This document shows positions 26,421 to 38,191 of a stretch of DNA of 64,000 bases, piece by piece; position 1 is the stretch's first letter, and every line of letters begins with the position of its first letter. The DNA lies in NCBI GenBank assembly GCA_036785375.1, contig JAWMAR010000011.1:7006001-7070000 (forward strand). The letters are read 5' to 3'. The notes beneath the pieces were generated by a model. The model worked only from the letters and a program-made list of their open reading frames with translations. It searched no databases and was not told the DNA's origin. The position numbers and the translations under genes are program-made. Source of the stretch: Leucoraja ocellata (lineage: Eukaryota).

Positions 26421-27034
26421 TTACCGGTTAGATCTGGCTGCTATTTTACAAATTTATCATTTTGGTCAGTCCCTTTATGGAGTAACGGTTAATTAATATA
26501 ATAAATGCAGTCTCATAACTAAAGAGGAAACAGCTAAACATTTAGGAAAGATGAAAAGAATTAAACGCATTCAACGTGGCAAACTTCATCAATCTGTACA
26601 ATTGTTTGGGGTGAATCATTTGTCCGAGTACATACATGGATTGCCATTTTATGAAAGGTAAACCATGTTAGACAAATTTACTCAAATTCGTTGATGATAT
26701 AACAGGGAGCGTTACTAGACGGGATCGTACCTCTAGTGTATTTAGATTGCCACATTAGAGGCGGTGCCATAAATTAAAAACCTCATTGTATTGGAGGAAT
26801 TCTGTCAGAATTAGTTGAAAACTGGCTGTTTTATAGAAAACAGTATTAGAATAAACGGACAGTAGACACAAAATGCTGGAATAACTAAGCGGGACAGGCA
26901 GCATCTCTGAAGAGAAGGAATGGGTGACGTTTCAGGTCGAGACAATTTTTCAAACATAAAAGGGTTCTTCTCAGACTAGATTCATTAGGCTAACCCTTGG
27001 GAAAAGACAGGTATCGAGAAATGGCATAGATGAT

Positions 27035-27237
27035 TGTAAAATGACTTGATCCTACACAGAGTCTTTTACTAACTGTTTATTACAATCACTAACACACACT
27101 ATGCAATAGCTGTCCGTGGTCATCACTGGAGCTAGAGAGCGAGCTGGAGGTGGGGACCTTACAATTATACTAGAGACAATGGGGAGTGGTTAGTAGTGGT
27201 GAGGTCACTATGTTAAAGGAACATGCACTGATCTACA
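27035..27237 (-). repeat. 3' LTR of the Gypsy element
   Basis: 203 bp; differs from 31485-31685 by two substitutions and one 2-bp indel. Confidence 0.95.
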
Positions 27238-27341
27238 TCCCTCCTCTTAGAAACAAACGCATGGCAATACACAGAGCGACCACGGCTCATACGCTAGGAT
27301 TACAAACCGCACCGGGAACAGTTAAAGGTATCATAACACAG

Positions 27342-30300
27342 CTAAGCGAGCTCCCCGTAACGGACAGGCGGCTTGACCAACCGGCCAGAGCGGGAGCGCA
27401 ACCCGCATTCCCCCTCAACCGCAGGAGCAGAAGGGACAGGGGCAGTGACAGTGGTGAGAAAGCCGGGCGGTGAAAGGACAGGAGAAGGAGGAGAACTGCG
27501 AGGGGAGATGGGCAAGCTGGTAGGCGAGGCAGGGGAAAGAGGCTTGTGAGAGTGGGGCATAGAGAGCTGGGAGGGCAGTTTCCGCGGCATGCGAGGAGTG
27601 ACAGGGGCTGGCGGAGTGTCGGGCAGAGTGGAAGGAATAGGTGGCTGGAACGGGTCCGCGGGAGGCGGAGTAGGCTCGTTAACGAGCAGGAGGTGCTGGC
27701 GAGACCGATGGTAGATAGCGCCCTCGTAGTTGACGAGGTACGACCGGGGAGAGCCGGCATTACCAACCACTACGGCCAGCCGGTAGTGGCCGGATGGGGA
27801 CTGCATCTGAACCACCTGGCCCGGGAACAGTCGTGGAAGCGGCCGGGCCGACTTGTCAAAGGAGCGCTTCTGGATGGCTTTCATTTCGATGATGCGCTCC
27901 GTGACAGTGGCAGGGTTCTGGACCGAGGGTTTGAGGGACTGTTGTGAGACAGGGAGAGGTGGTCTAGTGGTGTAGGACATGAGGCGCTGGGCAGGTGAAC
28001 CGAGCGCGGGGTCGCGGGAAATGTTGCGGAGGTTGAGGAGGGCAAGGTAGAAGTCGGAATGGGAAAGGCGGCAGTGTTCCAGCAGCTCCTTGGCACTGCG
28101 GACAGCCCATTCCGCAAGGCCGTTGCTCTGCGGATACTCGGGGCTGCTGGTGATGTGGCGAAAGTTCCAACGGGCAGCGAAGGCACGGAACTCAGCGCTG
28201 GAGAACTGGCTGCCGTTGTCCGATTGGAGGGTCACCGGGGATCCGAAGGTGGAAAAGTGGCGGTGAAACTTCCCGGCAGAGGTGATGGAAGGCAGCTGAT
28301 CCACCTCAAACCAACTGGAATATGAGTCCACCAGGACCAGGCAGTGCTTGCCACGCCATTCGAACAGGTCCGTGGCAACAGACATTCATGGGAGCTCGGG
28401 TGCCGGCTGCTGCAGGAGAGGCTGGCGCTGCTGATGAGGCAGGAGACTGTTACAGGCAGCGCAAGCGGAGACGCTGTCACGGATGTCCTGAGCCATACCT
28501 GGCCAGAAGAATTGGCTCTGGGCCTGGGACAAAGTGGCCTCTACCCCGGGGTGGCAGCTGTGAGCAGACTGAAAATAGTGATCCCGCAGGGCGGCCGGCA
28601 CCACGACCTTGTGACCCTTCAGCACCACGCCGTCGTGCAGCACCAGTTCAACCCGAACCAGGAAGTAGGGCATGGCACCAGCCGGCAGGAAGAGCGTCGG
28701 TCAGGCCAACCATGGCGGATAACGTCCACAAGTTGTTGCAGGGCAGGATCAGCAGCAGTGTGTTTGATCAGGGACTGCATCTGCTGGGAAGGAACAATGT
28801 TAACGTTCAGTACCATCAGGTCAGACGATTCGTATGGGTGGCGGGCAACGGAAGGGAGCGGCGCACGGGACAAGGTGTCGGCCACAAACATATCTTTGCC
28901 CTTGCGGTACACAATCTGGAACGTGAAACGCTGTAGCTGCATCATCCGCTGCAACCGGGAAGAGGCGACATGGATAGGCTTGTTCAAAATAGTGACCAGC
29001 GGCTGGTGGTCAGTCTCAATGGTGAACGTGTTGCCCAGAATGTAGTCCTTGAACTTGGAGCAAGCGAACACCACGGCAAGTAGCTCCTTCTCGATCTGGG
29101 CATAACGTTGCTCGGCAGGGGTCATGGTGCGAGAAGCGTAGGAGACAGGTAGCTGCAGGCCGTCATAAAGCTGCAGACAAGCGGCACCGAGACCGAACTT
29201 AGAGGCATCACAAGTGAGGACAATGGGTCTGTGCAGATCGAAGAACTTAAGAGTCGGTGTGTGTGCGAGCTTGGACTTCAGTGCCACGAACGCCGACTGG
29301 TGATGCGGGAGCCAGACCCATGCGGAGTCCTTCTTGATCAGCTCCCTCAGGGGAGCACTCAGTTCACTGAGGTCGGGTATGAACTTCCCCAGGTAATTGA
29401 CCATGCCCAGGAAGCGCTGCAGGCCGGGAACATCAGTAGGAGCGGGCATCTCTGTGACTGCTGATGTTTTCTGGGGGTCAGGCTTCAAACCCCCCGCCGT
29501 GAAAACGTGGCCAACGTAAGTGACTTCCGGGACTCGGAACCGACACTTCTTCGGGTTGAGCTTGAGATTGATCTCACAAGCCCTGTCGAGGACTTTGCGG
29601 AGGTGCAGGTCGTGCTCAGCGACGTCTCTCCCGTACACCAGAAAGTCATCCACGATGATGGCGCACGGTAACCCAGCAAACAGCTGTTCCATGGTGTGCT
29701 GGAAAACCTCACTAGCCGAGTTGATCCCGAACGGCATGCGGAGGAAACGGAACCTGCCGAAGGGTGTGCTGAAGGTGGTGAGGAATGAGGAGCGTTCATC
29801 TAGAGGGATCTGCCAAAAGGAGCTCTTGGCGTCTAGGACAGAGAAGACAGTGGCAGGACCGACCTGTGCAGCGACGTCCTCCACCGTCCGCAAGGGGTAG
29901 TGCGGGCGCTTGATGGCAAGGTTCAGGTCCTTTGGGTTAATGCAGATCCGGATCTCGCTCTTTTCCATCTTGGCAGCGACGACCATGGTGGAGACCCACC
30001 TGGTGGGAGCGCTCACCTCCTTGAGGATGCCCATGGTCACCATATCACGCAGAGTAGATTCCACGCGGCCCTTCATTGCAAAGGAGGCGCGGTGGGGCGG
30101 TCGAATCACCGGGTCGACACTCGGGTCGACGACAATCTTATAGTCACAGGGCAATTTGCCCAGAATGTCATCAAAACGGTCGGGGTATTCGCCCAGGGGG
30201 TCCATGGGCGCCTGCACCAGGTGAATTCCGCGGTGGAAGGAAACCAAACCAAGGTCCTGGCACGCACGGGCGCCCAACGGGGTGACGTTGTCAGAATCCA

Positions 30301-30420
30301 GTAGGTGGAAGGTGAGGGGCCGAGAGGTCTCAAGGACTGTGCAGATAAGCGTTGCCTTCCCCACTGGAACCAGAACACCTGCCCCATAGGCATGAAGGCG
30401 GGTGTCACCGGGAGTAACTC
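27342..30420 (-). pseudogene. Gypsy pol (RT, RNase H, integrase), disrupted
   Basis: RT LDAKSSFWQ..RMPFG..IVDD; RH CDAS..YAQIEKE..TDHQPL; IN HHCC and SDNG..YPQSNGLAE. Frameshift near 28670, stop at ~28386, protease D(T/S)G absent. Confidence 0.9.
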
Positions 30421-30422
30421 TC

Positions 30423-31391
30423 TCACCAAATCTTATCCGCTTGAAGATGCACAGAGGGATCTGTTATCGTAGCAGGTGCACCCAAAAGCGAAAACACCGT
30501 TGAATCGCCATGGGAGGAGCTCGTATCAGAGTCTGGGAGTTCATCCGACTGGTACTGGGAACCCAGCGCGCTATCAGGATCTGCAAGGTTGTTTAAATTC
30601 CTCCTTGGAGCAGGGACCGGCTTCCCACGGGACCGACAAGCTGCCGAAAAGTGGTTCAGTTTGCCACAGGCATTACAAGTCTTACCCTGCGCGGGGCAAA
30701 CCTTGAATTGATGAGACGAAAAATTACAATTGGGGCAGCGGCGTGTGGTGGTTGTGGTTGTGACCTTAGCGGGGAGGGCAGCGGGGTTACGTCGTGGCGG
30801 ACCAGCGTTCCGCTGGCGGCCAGCCGCACTGGTAAAGTTAATGTCCTGGGACACCGGTTGAGACACGGAGCCAACAGCAGAGGCCATACGGGCGGCATGC
30901 ATGGCATCTCTTAATGTCAAATCTGGTTTCATGAGGAGCTCGTCACGCAGCTTAGCGTTTAGGAGACCATTGACCAGGACATCCCTGATCAATTCCTCCG
31001 TGGAGATCGTTTCAAGGTGGCAGCGCCGAGCCAAATGACGCAAAGAGGCAATAAAAGTGTCAATATGCTCGCCGGGAAGCTGCCGCCTCTGGAAGAATTT
31101 AAAGCGTTCGATAATGTTATTGGTAGGGATATCACAGAGGGCAGTGAACTTAGCCATGAGACATACCGGGTCCCGACGGTCCTCACCGCGGGTGAAGTCA
31201 AACGAAGCATAGTGATCTATGGCCTCCCGGCCAGCGAGGTTGAGCAGCAGGTGAGCCTGCACAGCAGGGGTGGCATCAGGATGAGCGATGGCTATGTAAT
31301 GTTCAAAGTCGCGCTGGAACACAGTCCAGCGGTGGACAATGTCCGTGTCAAAGACCAAAGTGTCGGGTCGACGACAGGAGTTGGACATCAT
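30423..31391 (-). CDS. Gypsy gag
   Basis: ERFKFFQRRQLPGE..F..LR.LA..C capsid motif; CPNCNFSSHQFKVC and CNACGKLNHFSAAC knuckles. Confidence 0.85.
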   Translation of the reverse strand: MMSNSCRRPDTLVFDTDIVHRWTVFQRDFEHYIAIAHPDATPAVQAHLLLNLAGREAIDHYASFDFTRGEDRRDPVCLMAKFTALCDIPTNNIIERFKFFQRRQLPGEHIDTFIASLRHLARRCHLETISTEELIRDVLVNGLLNAKLRDELLMKPDLTLRDAMHAARMASAVGSVSQPVSQDINFTSAAGRQRNAGPPRRNPAALPAKVTTTTTTRRCPNCNFSSHQFKVCPAQGKTCNACGKLNHFSAACRSRGKPVPAPRRNLNNLADPDSALGSQYQSDELPDSDTSSSHGDSTVFSLLGAPATITDPSVHLQADKIW

Positions 31392-31484
31392 GAAAACGGG
31401 GGGGGGGCGGGAACAACTGGGAGAAAGCAAAGAATAAAAAGAAAACCGATAAACAGGAGACGCGAGTCTACCGCTGTGACACCA

Positions 31485-31685
31485 TGTAAAATGACTTGAT
31501 CCTACACAGTCTTTTACTAACTGTTTATTACAATCACTAACACACACTATGCAATAGCTGTCCGTGGTCATCACTGGAGCTACAGAGCGAGCTGGAGGTT
31601 GGGACCTTACAATTATACTAGAGACAATGGGGAGTGGTTAGTAGTGGTGAGGTCACTATGTTAAAGGAACATGCACTGATCTACA
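31485..31685 (-). repeat. 5' LTR of the Gypsy element
   Basis: 201 bp direct repeat of 27035-27237; AATAAA on the minus strand. Confidence 0.95.
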
Positions 31686-32289
31686 ATGAGGAATTGAGGC
31701 TAGCACAGATCACAAATGATGAGGTAGGTTTGAATAACCTGTTGACCTCTGCTCCTATTTTCTGGTATCATTGTGTATACTGTATATAGATTTCTAGCAT
31801 CACACAGAACAGAATAGAAAAGTTACCCTATTGTACATTAACATTTTTAGGAAAAAACAGGTCACTCGACATCCAAAACAAAATAATAAACAGGGACATT
31901 GCTTGCTTCAAAAGTTTAAAAATGTCCAAACTTCATCAAACTGCATAATTGTTTGGGGTGAATAATTTGTCTGAGATTGTCATTCTTAAACTAACTTTAG
32001 CTCCGCATTCCTGGAGGAATAGCTAATTCACAAAGGTGTCGGATGCACATTCATTTTCTTCTGTGTGATATCCATTGCAGTACACTTTACAGAGCTGCCA
32101 GTAGCAAACTTCGAAATAAGATTGCATTTCAATACATCAAGAAAACATTACTGATTTGTTCTATAGGGCTCAGACTCCATTGGGGATCCACTTTTATCAT
32201 TTGGTTCATTGATATACTCAGTCTCACCAGTCAGAAGAGCTCTCACCAAGAATGTATAACTTTGAAACAGGCCTTTAGCCCAAGTCATA

Positions 32290-33015
32290 GAGTGATATAG
32301 TGTGGAGACAGGCTCTTTGGCCCAATTTGCCCACACCGGACAACTTGTCGTAGCTACTCTAGTCCCACCTGCCAGCATTTGGTCCATATCCCTCCAAACC
32401 TGTCCTATCCATGTACCTATCTAACTGCTTCTTAAAGGTTGGGATAGTCCCTGCCTGATCTACCACCTCTGTCAGCTTGTTCCATACAACCACCACCCTT
32501 TGTGTGCAAAAGGTACCCCTTAAATTCCTATTGAATCTTTTCCCCTTCACCTTAAACCTCCCTATGGTCTTCAATTCACCCACTAATATTTACTAATATA
32601 AATATTTCACATTTCTGACAAGAGACTCTGTGCATCTACCCAATCTATTCCTCTCATGATCTTATAGTATACACCTAAGATCACCCTTCATCTTCCTGCA
32701 CTCCAAAGAATAGAGTCCTAATAATAATAATAATATATTTTATTTATGGGCGCCTTTCAAGACTCTCAAGTTCACCTTACAAAAATTTAGCAGGTAGAGG
32801 AAAAACATGTAAGGGGAATGAAATAAATAGTAGAGACATGACTAGTACACAAAGTAAAGACAGAATTCAATACAAAACACAATAATAAGGCAATTAATGC
32901 ACAGATGAAAAGCCTACTCAATCTCTGCCCATAGCTCAGATCCTCCAGTCCTGGCAACATAAATCTTCTCTGTACCCTTTCCAGCTTGACAACATCTTTC
33001 CTATCACACGGTGCC
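32290..33015 (-). mobile_element. CR1 LINE 3' fragment with nested L2-like tail (32719-32910)
   Basis: FTQRVV..WN.L-like C-terminus (ORF 32359-32583); the insert ends GAAAGGCGCCCATAAATAAA plus (TTA)n on the minus strand. Confidence 0.8.
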
Positions 33016-33369
33016 CTTCGTGTTAGTCCATGTTATTATTTATTTTCCATGTGCCTCAACCTGATAGTCTTTGACAAATCCCAACACTTCTGTTCTCCCT
33101 CAAGTGCTCAATAACCAGCCCATTGAATGCATCGGCGATACCAAGTCACAAGCTTATAGCACTGTTGTAAGTGCAATCAGGCAGGTTCTGCAAGGGAGAT
33201 GGGCATTTGATGAGTGAGGTTTTGGGAATGGAATTCAGGTGGAAATGTGACGTTCCTCTCCCAACAATATTATAGCCTAAAGATTTAAAACATAGCAAGT
33301 TAGCCAAGGTACTGGAGTGTGGGGCCTCATGGAATTGTACTGCAACAAGGTATGAATTGTCTTGTTATA

Positions 33370-34245
33370 GTCAATTTTTAGTTATTAGGCTGTGTCATGT
33401 GTGGGGGGGGGGGGGGCTGAAACATGGTTTTCTGTCTCTCCCTTCGGGGGAATGCGACTCTTTCTGTCGGAAATCACCCCTTCTCTGCCTCCGTCTGCGC
33501 TGAGGCCTAATGGCAAAGCTGGCGGCCTCCAACTGCGACCGACCTCGAGGCTCCGGAAGCAGAGACAGCCAGGACTCACCAACGCGAGGCTGGCCGTCTT
33601 CAAGCTGCGGCGGCGTTCCAGTGGCAGCGGCCGACTTGGGGCTGAGACGGCACTCCAGTGAGGGCGGCCCGGCACGTGGCTGAGACGGTGCTCCGGTGAG
33701 GGCGGCCCGGCTCGGGGCTGAGACGGCGCTCCGGTGAGAGTGGCCCGACTCGGGGCTGAGACGGTGCTCCGGTGGCTGAGGCGACGTTCTGGCGGCGGCG
33801 ACCTGAATCCGGGGCTCGGCCACGGGCTAGTGGACGACATCGTCGGGAGCTCGCAGATCACAGGCTGGTGCCTGTTTTCCGGAGCTCCCACGGCAACAGC
33901 TGCCTCCGCTGGACTGGAGGGTGGCAGCTTCGATCAACCCGGGCCGCGGAGCTTGAACTGGCCTGTTTGCAGAGCTCGGTTGAGCCGCAGGACTGACTAC
34001 CATCGCCCGGTGGGGTAACAACATATCGCCTCAGCGCAGAGGGAGAATGAGGAGGGAAGAGACAGTAACTTTAATACTTTTGCCTCCATTACAGTGAGGA
34101 GGTGCCTGGTGAACTCACTGTGGTGGATGTTAATTTGTGTTTATTGTGTGTTTTGTTGTTTATTATTATATGTATGGCTGCAGGCAACGACATTTCGTTC
34201 AGACCAAAAGGTCTGAATGACAAATAAAGGATCTAATCTAATCTG
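33370..34245 (+). mobile_element. Non-autonomous LINE-tailed retroposon, copy B, with a 38-bp internal tandem repeat
   Basis: Ends closely match copy A; the middle carries GGGGCTGAGACGG(C/T)GCTCCGGTGAGGGCGGCCCGGCTC about 4 times (33637-33780); (AATCT)n tail. Confidence 0.78.
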
Positions 34246-35974
34246 AATATGCAAATTGGAATACGTAAAAAAATCTGAGAGGATACGTCAGAAATGTGAA
34301 ATACTTATAACAGTATATATTAATTGTTTAAAAACATTACTTTGCAGAGCCATTTGATATACAAGCTGATGGAAATCTGCAGCCTCCAGTAATATTTTTT
34401 CCCCAAATAACTANNNNNNNNNNNNNNNNNNNNNNNNNNNNNNNNNNNNNNNNNNNNNNNNNNNNNNNNNNNNNNNNNNNNNNNNNNNNNNNNNNNNNNN
34501 NNNNNNNNNNNNNNNNNNNNNNNNNNNNNNNNNNNNNNNNNNNNNNNNNNNNNNNNNNNNNNNNNNNNNNNNNNNNNNNNNNNNNNNNNNNNNNNNNNNN
34601 NNNNNNNNNNNNNNNNNNNNNNNNNNNNNNNNNNNNNNNNNNNNNNNNNNNNNNNNNNNNNNNNNNNNNNNNNNNNNNNNNNNNNNCAGGATGCACATTA
34701 CTTTTACTGGACACAGGCCACGACTATGACACACTCCCTTTCCATGGACACCTGGGGCAAATGTAGCCTATAAAGCGGAACAGGCAGTGAGAAAGGATAA
34801 ATACCTAAATGGCATTCTGCCTCGATCAGTGAAGGTCCATATTTGTCAGGCCCAGGAGATATGATGACTGGACCACAGGGTGACCAGAGATCAGGATTGT
34901 GGACTGAAATGTAATCAACATTTGTGGAGTAGACCCTTCAGATACTGAACCTCTTGCGTAAATGGAAAATTGACTTGCCCAAATCATAAAAGTCTCAGAA
35001 AGCTTAGAAGTCCATGAAAATGTTTAACATTTCATAGTATGCTACTGCTCTGTTCAACATTGTCGGTGTATCACCCCCCCGCCCCCCACCGATGTTGAGC
35101 GTCTACCACTCTCAACAATCAACGGATGTCGTGAAATGCTCCCCACCTATTGGCACAAGGGACTTTTAACATCTAGTCCTGTGTATTTGATTCTCAGTCT
35201 GGGTCTCCAAAGTAAAAAAAAGCCCTGTGAATAGAAATCTCCTTGTTATAAGAAACATGACTCTCCAGATAGTAGAAGAGCAAAAAAGCAAGGATTATCC
35301 ATCAGCATCTGGCAGCAAGAGCAGCCCATAAACTAGATTCATCCAGTGAATATTAAGTGACATGGTGATGTTGGAAATTCCGAAAAAATATGAGTAGTTT
35401 GTAACTCACATATTTGAGAAGCATGTTGGAAAAAGATGCCATCTTATGCTAGGAGAGGCAATAAATAGATGTATCATGGTATTTAGATGTTAAAGCAAAC
35501 ATTGGGGATGTTAAACTAAGCTGAGGGCAATAAAATTGATCAGGTAGTGACTTTTATTGCACCTATTTGTAATGTTAGGCAAATGGGAGAGAGGTTAGAG
35601 ATCTCTGCTGCTCTCTACTGCTGATCTCTGTTGTAAGGAGAGGGACATAGTGGGGGAGATTTAAACGTTTTAAAGTGACATTCAAAAGTTGAATGTCTTC
35701 AAATCTGCACTGGCAGATATGCAATTATGTCATCACAACGCCCTACCGGCTACAACGTTTTTTTTTATCACAGACCAGCAAATGTCCTTCAGGGAAATAA
35801 TCTGCTGGCCTAACCTTGCACAGCAAAGTTTAATGATTACATTTGGAGGACTCCTTCCCATGGAAGAAAGCTGTGAGGCGGAGGCGACGGTAGAAGCGCT
35901 CCAAGTCGTGGTGGGCGCGGAATTCATTGAGGCGACGGTAGAAGCGCTCCAATGAATTCCGCGCCCACCACGAC

Positions 35975-38044
35975 TTGGAGCGCTTCTACCGTCGCCTCCG
36001 CCTCACAGCTTTCTTCCATGGGAAGGAGTCCTCGCCCCCCACTGATGACCCCTTTTCCCGTCTCCAACGCACCCCCTCCTCGTGGAACCCCCCTCGTGGC
36101 CAATTTCCGGCTTTAGAACTTTTTATCAATAACTGCCGTCGCGACATCAACCGCCTCAACTTCTCCACTCCCCTGTCTCACTCCAATCTCTCACCACAGG
36201 AACGTTCTGCCATCGATTCACTCCGCAACAACCCAGATTTGGTTATCAAACCCGCTGACAAGGGAGGTGCCGTGGTAGTCTGGCGCGCCGATCTCTACAA
36301 AGCTGAGGCCACGCGCCAACTATCGGACACCTCCTCCTACTTACCCCTGGACCATGACCCCACTGACGAGCACCAGGCCACCATCTCCAGCACCATCACC
36401 AACTTCATCCACTCCAATGCCCTACCCGACCGAGCCTCCAACCTCATCGTTCCCCAGCCCCGCACAGCCCGATTTTACCTTCTCCCTAAAATCCACAAAC
36501 CTGATTGTCCCGGAAGACCCATTGTCTCCGCCTGTTCGTGCCCCACCAAACTCATTTCCAAATACCTTGACTCCATCCTATCACCCTTGGTTAAATCCCT
36601 CCCTACCTATGTCCAAGACACCTCAGACACTCTCCGTCGTCTCCGCGCATTCAATTCTCTAGGCCCTCACCCCCTCATCTTCACCATGGACGTCCAATCA
36701 CTATACACCTCCATCCCCCACCACGATGGTCTCACAGCCCTCCGGTTCTTCCTCGACCAGAGAAGCAACCCATACCCAGCCACTGACACTCTCCTCCGCC
36801 TAGCGGAGCTGGTCCTTACCCTCAATAACTTCGCGTTCGACTCCTCCCACTTCCTCCAAATACAAGGCGTAGCTATGGGCACACGCATGGGCCCCAGCTA
36901 TGCCTGCCTATTTGTAGGTTACGTCGAGCAATCCTTGTTCAATACATACCAGGGCCCCATCCCCAACCTCTACCTCCGCTACATCGACGACTGCTTTGGT
37001 GCCACCTCCTGCACCCGCACACAACTGACTGACTTCATCCACTTCACCACTAATTTCCATCCGGCACTGAAATACACCTGGACCATTTCCGACACTTCCC
37101 TACCATTCCTTGACCTCACTATCTCCATTGCAGGTGATAGACTTCTAACCGACATACACTATAAACCCACTGACTCCCATGGCTATCTGGACTACACTTC
37201 TTCCCACCCTGCTTCCTGTAAGGACTCCATCCCCTACTCCCAATTCCTCCGTCTACGCCGCATCTGCTCCACGGATGAGGCGTTCCACACCAGGACATCT
37301 GAAATGTCCTCACTATTCAGGGAACGGGGGTTCCCCTCCTCCACCATAAATGAGGCTCGCACCAGGGTCTCTTCCATACCCCGCAACACTGCTCTCTCTC
37401 CCCATCCCCGCACTCGCAACAAGGGCCGAGTCCCCCTAGTCCTCACCTTTCACCCCACCAGCCGTCACATACAAAAAATAATCCTCCGTCAGTTTCGCCA
37501 CCTCCAACGTGACCCCACTACTCGCCACATCTTCCCATCTCCCCCCATATCTGCCTTCCGCAAAGACCGCTCCCTCCATAACTCCCTTGTCAATTCTTCC
37601 CTTCCCTCTCGGTCCACCCCCTCCCCGGGCACTTTCCCTTGCGGCCGCAGGAGATGCAACACTTGTCCCTTTGCCTCCCCCCTCGACTCCGTTCAAGGAC
37701 CCAAGCAGTCGTTCCAGGTGCGACAGAGGTTTACCTGCATCTCTTCCAACCTCATCTATTGCGTCCGCTGCTCTAGATGCCAGCAGATCTATATCGGTGA
37801 GACCAAGCGGAGGTTGGGCGATCGTTTCGCCGAACACCTCCGCTCGGTCCGCAATAACCAAGCTGACCTCCCGGTGGCTCAGCACTTCAACTCCCCCTCC
37901 CACTCCGCCTCCGACCTCTCTGTCCTGGGTCTCCTCCATGGCCACAGCGAGCAGCACCGGAAATTGGAGGAACAGCACCTCATATTCCGTTTGGGGAGTC
38001 TACACCCCCGGGGCATGAACATCGAATTCTCCCAATTCTGTTAG
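35975..38044 (+). CDS. Penelope RT-GIY-YIG polyprotein (N-terminally truncated, 689 codons open)
   Basis: KPADKGG, LPKIHK, DVQSLYT, GVAMG, YLRYIDD, FLDL; CGRRRCNTC linker; NLIYCVRC..YIGET..RFAEH endonuclease. The ORF starts at TTG and the true start is lost. Confidence 0.92.
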   Translation: MERFYRRLRLTAFFHGKESSPPTDDPFSRLQRTPSSWNPPRGQFPALELFINNCRRDINRLNFSTPLSHSNLSPQERSAIDSLRNNPDLVIKPADKGGAVVVWRADLYKAEATRQLSDTSSYLPLDHDPTDEHQATISSTITNFIHSNALPDRASNLIVPQPRTARFYLLPKIHKPDCPGRPIVSACSCPTKLISKYLDSILSPLVKSLPTYVQDTSDTLRRLRAFNSLGPHPLIFTMDVQSLYTSIPHHDGLTALRFFLDQRSNPYPATDTLLRLAELVLTLNNFAFDSSHFLQIQGVAMGTRMGPSYACLFVGYVEQSLFNTYQGPIPNLYLRYIDDCFGATSCTRTQLTDFIHFTTNFHPALKYTWTISDTSLPFLDLTISIAGDRLLTDIHYKPTDSHGYLDYTSSHPASCKDSIPYSQFLRLRRICSTDEAFHTRTSEMSSLFRERGFPSSTINEARTRVSSIPRNTALSPHPRTRNKGRVPLVLTFHPTSRHIQKIILRQFRHLQRDPTTRHIFPSPPISAFRKDRSLHNSLVNSSLPSRSTPSPGTFPCGRRRCNTCPFASPLDSVQGPKQSFQVRQRFTCISSNLIYCVRCSRCQQIYIGETKRRLGDRFAEHLRSVRNNQADLPVAQHFNSPSHSASDLSVLGLLHGHSEQHRKLEEQHLIFRLGSLHPRGMNIEFSQFC

Positions 38045-38156
38045 TCCTTGCTGTCTCCTCCCCTTCCTCAGCTCCCCTACTATCTCCTCCCACCCTCCAG
38101 CCTTCTGGCTACTCCTCCTTTTCCCTTTCTTGTCCCGACCCACCCCCACCCCGATC

Positions 38157-38191
38157 AGTCTGAAGAAGGGTTTCGGCCCGAAACGTTGCCT
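38157..38191 (+). ncRNA. Minimal type I hammerhead ribozyme
   Basis: CUGAAGA core, helix II GGGU-UUCG-GCCC, GAAA, palindromic ACGU helix III and NUH site (GUU); the known arrangement in Penelope repeats. Confidence 0.75.

Larger units (their letters stand above)
27035..31685 (-). mobile_element. Full-length Ty3/Gypsy LTR retrotransposon (Mag-like, two CCHC knuckles)
   Basis: Paired TG..CA LTRs; PBS TGGTGTCA after the 5' LTR; PPT AAGAGGAGGGA before the 3' LTR; ATGAT/ATGAG target duplication; gag-RT-RH-IN order. Confidence 0.96.
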
